DNA of 64,000 bases, taken from Mycobacterium sp. (GTDB taxonomy: Bacteria > Actinomycetota > Actinomycetes > Mycobacteriales > Mycobacteriaceae). Both the position numbers and the translations under genes were made by a program. The stretch is taken from NCBI GenBank assembly GCA_051006775.1, contig JBPCSX010000148.1; one strand, written 5' to 3'. Under the pieces are notes generated by a model. That model searched no databases and was not told the origin of the DNA. It worked only from the letters and a program-made list of their open reading frames with translations. Below are positions 59,674 to 64,000 of the stretch, in pieces (position 1 is the first letter of the stretch; each line of letters opens with the position of its first letter).

Positions 59674-60030
59674 GTGCTCCCGGCTCGACACCGGATGACA
59701 CGGTCTGCAGACTTCGGCACCACGGTCAAACGCGGTGTGCGAGCGGCGCAACCGGATCTTGTTGTCCATGCCCATCGCGGTGAAGGAAATCCCCGTGGAC
59801 CTGCGATCGGCTTCGTCGTCAGCAAATCCGTGGGCGGTTCAGTGCAGCGGCATCGGGTCTCCCGGCGCTTGCGGCATCTGGTCGGCAGCATGATTAGCAA
59901 TCTCGAGCCCACCGACCGCATCGTCATCCGCGCGCTACCCGGCAGCCGGACAGCCACGTCAGCGCGGTTGCGGCAGGAACTGGGGGCGGCACTTGACCGG
60001 GCTCAGCAGTTGATGGAGCGGCGCCGGTGA
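59674..60030 (+). CDS. rnpA: RNase P protein component
   Basis: [29 protein letters not shown]. Confidence 0.95.
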   Translation: MLPARHRMTRSADFGTTVKRGVRAAQPDLVVHAHRGEGNPRGPAIGFVVSKSVGGSVQRHRVSRRLRHLVGSMISNLEPTDRIVIRALPGSRTATSARLRQELGAALDRAQQLMERRR

Positions 60031-60311
60031 CGGCCGCCCGAGGTGGGGCGGCACGGCTGGTGATCTCGGGGATCGGGATCTACCGCCACATGATCTCGCC
60101 GCTACGGCCCGCGTCGTGTCGGTTCATGCCGACCTGCAGTCAGTACGCCGTGGATGCGGTGAGCGAGTACGGGGTCGTCCGCGGGGGTTGGCTGGCGATA
60201 CGCCGGCTCCTCCGCTGCGGACCGTGGTGTAGCGGAGGATGGGACCCGATTCCGGAACGGGTGGACGCCGGCGACGGCTCGAGACAGCAGCTCAGGAGCG
60301 CCGATGTTTAA
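60027..60311 (+). CDS. yidD: Membrane protein insertion efficiency factor
   Basis: [25 protein letters not shown]. Confidence 0.94.
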   Translation: MTAARGGAARLVISGIGIYRHMISPLRPASCRFMPTCSQYAVDAVSEYGVVRGGWLAIRRLLRCGPWCSGGWDPIPERVDAGDGSRQQLRSADV

Positions 60312-61353
60312 CTGGTTCAGCCTCGACTACATCTACTACCCGGTCTCGGGCATCATGTGGCTCTGGTACAAGCTGTTTGCCCTGTTCCTGGGGCCGAGCA
60401 ACTTCTTCGCCTGGGCGCTCTCGGTCATGTTCCTGGTCTTCAGTCTGCGCGCGCTGCTGTACAAACCGTTCGTTCGGCAGATCCGCACCACCCGTCAGAT
60501 GCAGGAGCTGCAGCCACAGATCAAGGCGCTGCAGAAGAAGTACGGCAAGGACCGCCAGCGGATGGCGCTGGAGATGCAGAAGCTCCAACGCGAGCACGGG
60601 TTCAACCCGATCCTCGGTTGCTTGCCGATGCTGGCGCAGATCCCGGTGTTCCTCGGTCTGTACCACGTGCTGGCATCGTTCAACCGGACCCAGAGCGGCT
60701 TCGGTCGGCTCGGTCTGTCCGTCGAGCAGAACCGCTCGCTGGGCAACTACGTGTTCAGCGCATCGGACGTCGGCCACTTCCTCGACGCCCATCTGTTCGG
60801 GGCACCGATCGGCGCATCGATCACCCAGACCGTCGGCCTGGAGGCCTTCACCGTCTTCAGCCGTCCGGCGGTGGCCGCGGTGTCGATCCCGCTGATGCTC
60901 CTCGCTGGTGTCGCGACCTACTTCAACAGCCGCGCCTCGATCGCCCGCCAAAGCGCGGAAGCTGCGGCCAATCCGCAGACGGCGATGATGAACAAGCTTG
61001 CGCTGTATGTGTTTCCGCTGGGCGTCGTCGTCGGTGGCCCGTTCCTGCCGATCGCAATCATCATCTACTGGGTGTCCAACAACATCTGGACCTTCGGCCA
61101 GCAGCACCTCGTCTTCGGCAAGATCGAGAAAGAAGAAGAGGCCAAGAAGGACGACGCGCTCGCGCGGCGATCCGCGAATGCGCCTGCGCCGGGAGCCAAG
61201 CCCACCAAGGCCCGCAAAGGCCCGCAGCCCGCACTCGATGCCGACGGCGACGCGAAGACTGGCACCGCGGCGCCCGAGGAGAGCCAACCGGCCCCCGGTG
61301 CTGAAAACCGCGCCCCGCGCCCAGGCGCGCGGCCCAAAAAACGCAAACGTTGA
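60304..61353 (+). CDS. yidC: Membrane protein insertase
   Basis: [35 protein letters not shown]. Confidence 0.97.
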   Translation: MFNWFSLDYIYYPVSGIMWLWYKLFALFLGPSNFFAWALSVMFLVFSLRALLYKPFVRQIRTTRQMQELQPQIKALQKKYGKDRQRMALEMQKLQREHGFNPILGCLPMLAQIPVFLGLYHVLASFNRTQSGFGRLGLSVEQNRSLGNYVFSASDVGHFLDAHLFGAPIGASITQTVGLEAFTVFSRPAVAAVSIPLMLLAGVATYFNSRASIARQSAEAAANPQTAMMNKLALYVFPLGVVVGGPFLPIAIIIYWVSNNIWTFGQQHLVFGKIEKEEEAKKDDALARRSANAPAPGAKPTKARKGPQPALDADGDAKTGTAAPEESQPAPGAENRAPRPGARPKKRKR

Positions 61354-61389
61354 CCGGACGTGGATCCGGACGGAGAGGGAGAGAGTGAC

Positions 61390-63574
<2,185 letters not shown>

Positions 63575-63576
63575 TA

Positions 63577-64000
63577 ATGAGCCAGACATCCAAGCGCAAG
63601 GGCGGCCTCGGCCGCGGCCTCGCATCCCTGATCCCCACCGGACCGTCCGACGGTGGTCCCCGATTGGGACAGGCCGCCGCGGATGTCGTCATCGGCGGCC
63701 CCGGCACCCCATCGGGATCGCCGCGGCCGGCCGAGACGGAAATGGGAGCGGTCTACCGGGAGATCGAGCCCACAGCCATCGAGCCGAACCCGCGCCAGCC
63801 CCGGCAGGTCTTCGACGAGGATGCGCTGGCCGAGCTGGTGCATTCCATCCGCGAGTTCGGCCTGATGCAGCCGATCGTGGTCCGCGAGGTGGGCGGAGCT
63901 GGCGAGGGCCGGTACCAGCTCATCATGGGGGAGCGGCGCTGGCGGGCCGCCCAGCGGGCCGGCCTGACGGCCATCCCGGCTATTGTGCGTGAGACCAGCG
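63577..64000 (+). CDS. parB: Chromosome partitioning protein ParB, 3'-truncated by window edge
   Basis: [29 protein letters not shown]. Confidence 0.97.
   Translation, partial: MSQTSKRKGGLGRGLASLIPTGPSDGGPRLGQAAADVVIGGPGTPSGSPRPAETEMGAVYREIEPTAIEPNPRQPRQVFDEDALAELVHSIREFGLMQPIVVREVGGAGEGRYQLIMGERRWRAAQRAGLTAIPAIVRETS

Noticed and set aside
57600-59957. 785-aa dnaA ORF with a long N-terminal extension
   Set aside because: The extension runs through the dnaA promoter and antisense to rpmH/rnpA. The homologous TTG start is at 59081.

Overview
This is a high-GC Mycobacteriaceae chromosome segment, probably from a rapidly growing lineage (inference), and it spans the replication origin. The right half (35.5-64 kb) is the conserved oriC neighbourhood in reverse orientation: tRNA-Leu, the fhaA-fhaB-pstP-rodA-pbpA-pknA-pknB operon, trpG, crgA, ppiA, tRNA-Ala/Ile, gyrA/gyrB, recF, dnaN, oriC, dnaA, rpmH-rnpA-yidD-yidC-jag-rsmG-parA-parB, and two parS sites. 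The left half (1-29.2 kb) is the coaX-lysS-lsr2-clpC1 ... radA-disA-carD-ispDF-cysS ... znuABC-kstR-fadE34-hsaADCB block, which lies far from tRNA-Leu in M. tuberculosis. The two halves are joined by an intact three-gene ESX-2-like type VII secretion fragment (Rv0030/DUF2710-like gene, eccB, full-length eccC). It has no local substrates, eccD or mycosin, and its eccC stop overlaps the hsaB stop at one CTAG. Other main oddities are an in-frame amber stop in the essential gyrB gene, kshB reduced to a stand-alone 2Fe-2S ferredoxin under KstR boxes, a 35-aa membrane peptide ORF between tRNA-Ile and tRNA-Ala, a 12-codon ORF bridging pbpA and pknA, and absence of cwsA. Two real genes are labelled + in the supplied ORF track but read on the minus strand (21175..22110 and 34814..35137). 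Homology calls come from recalled family sequences, not database searches.
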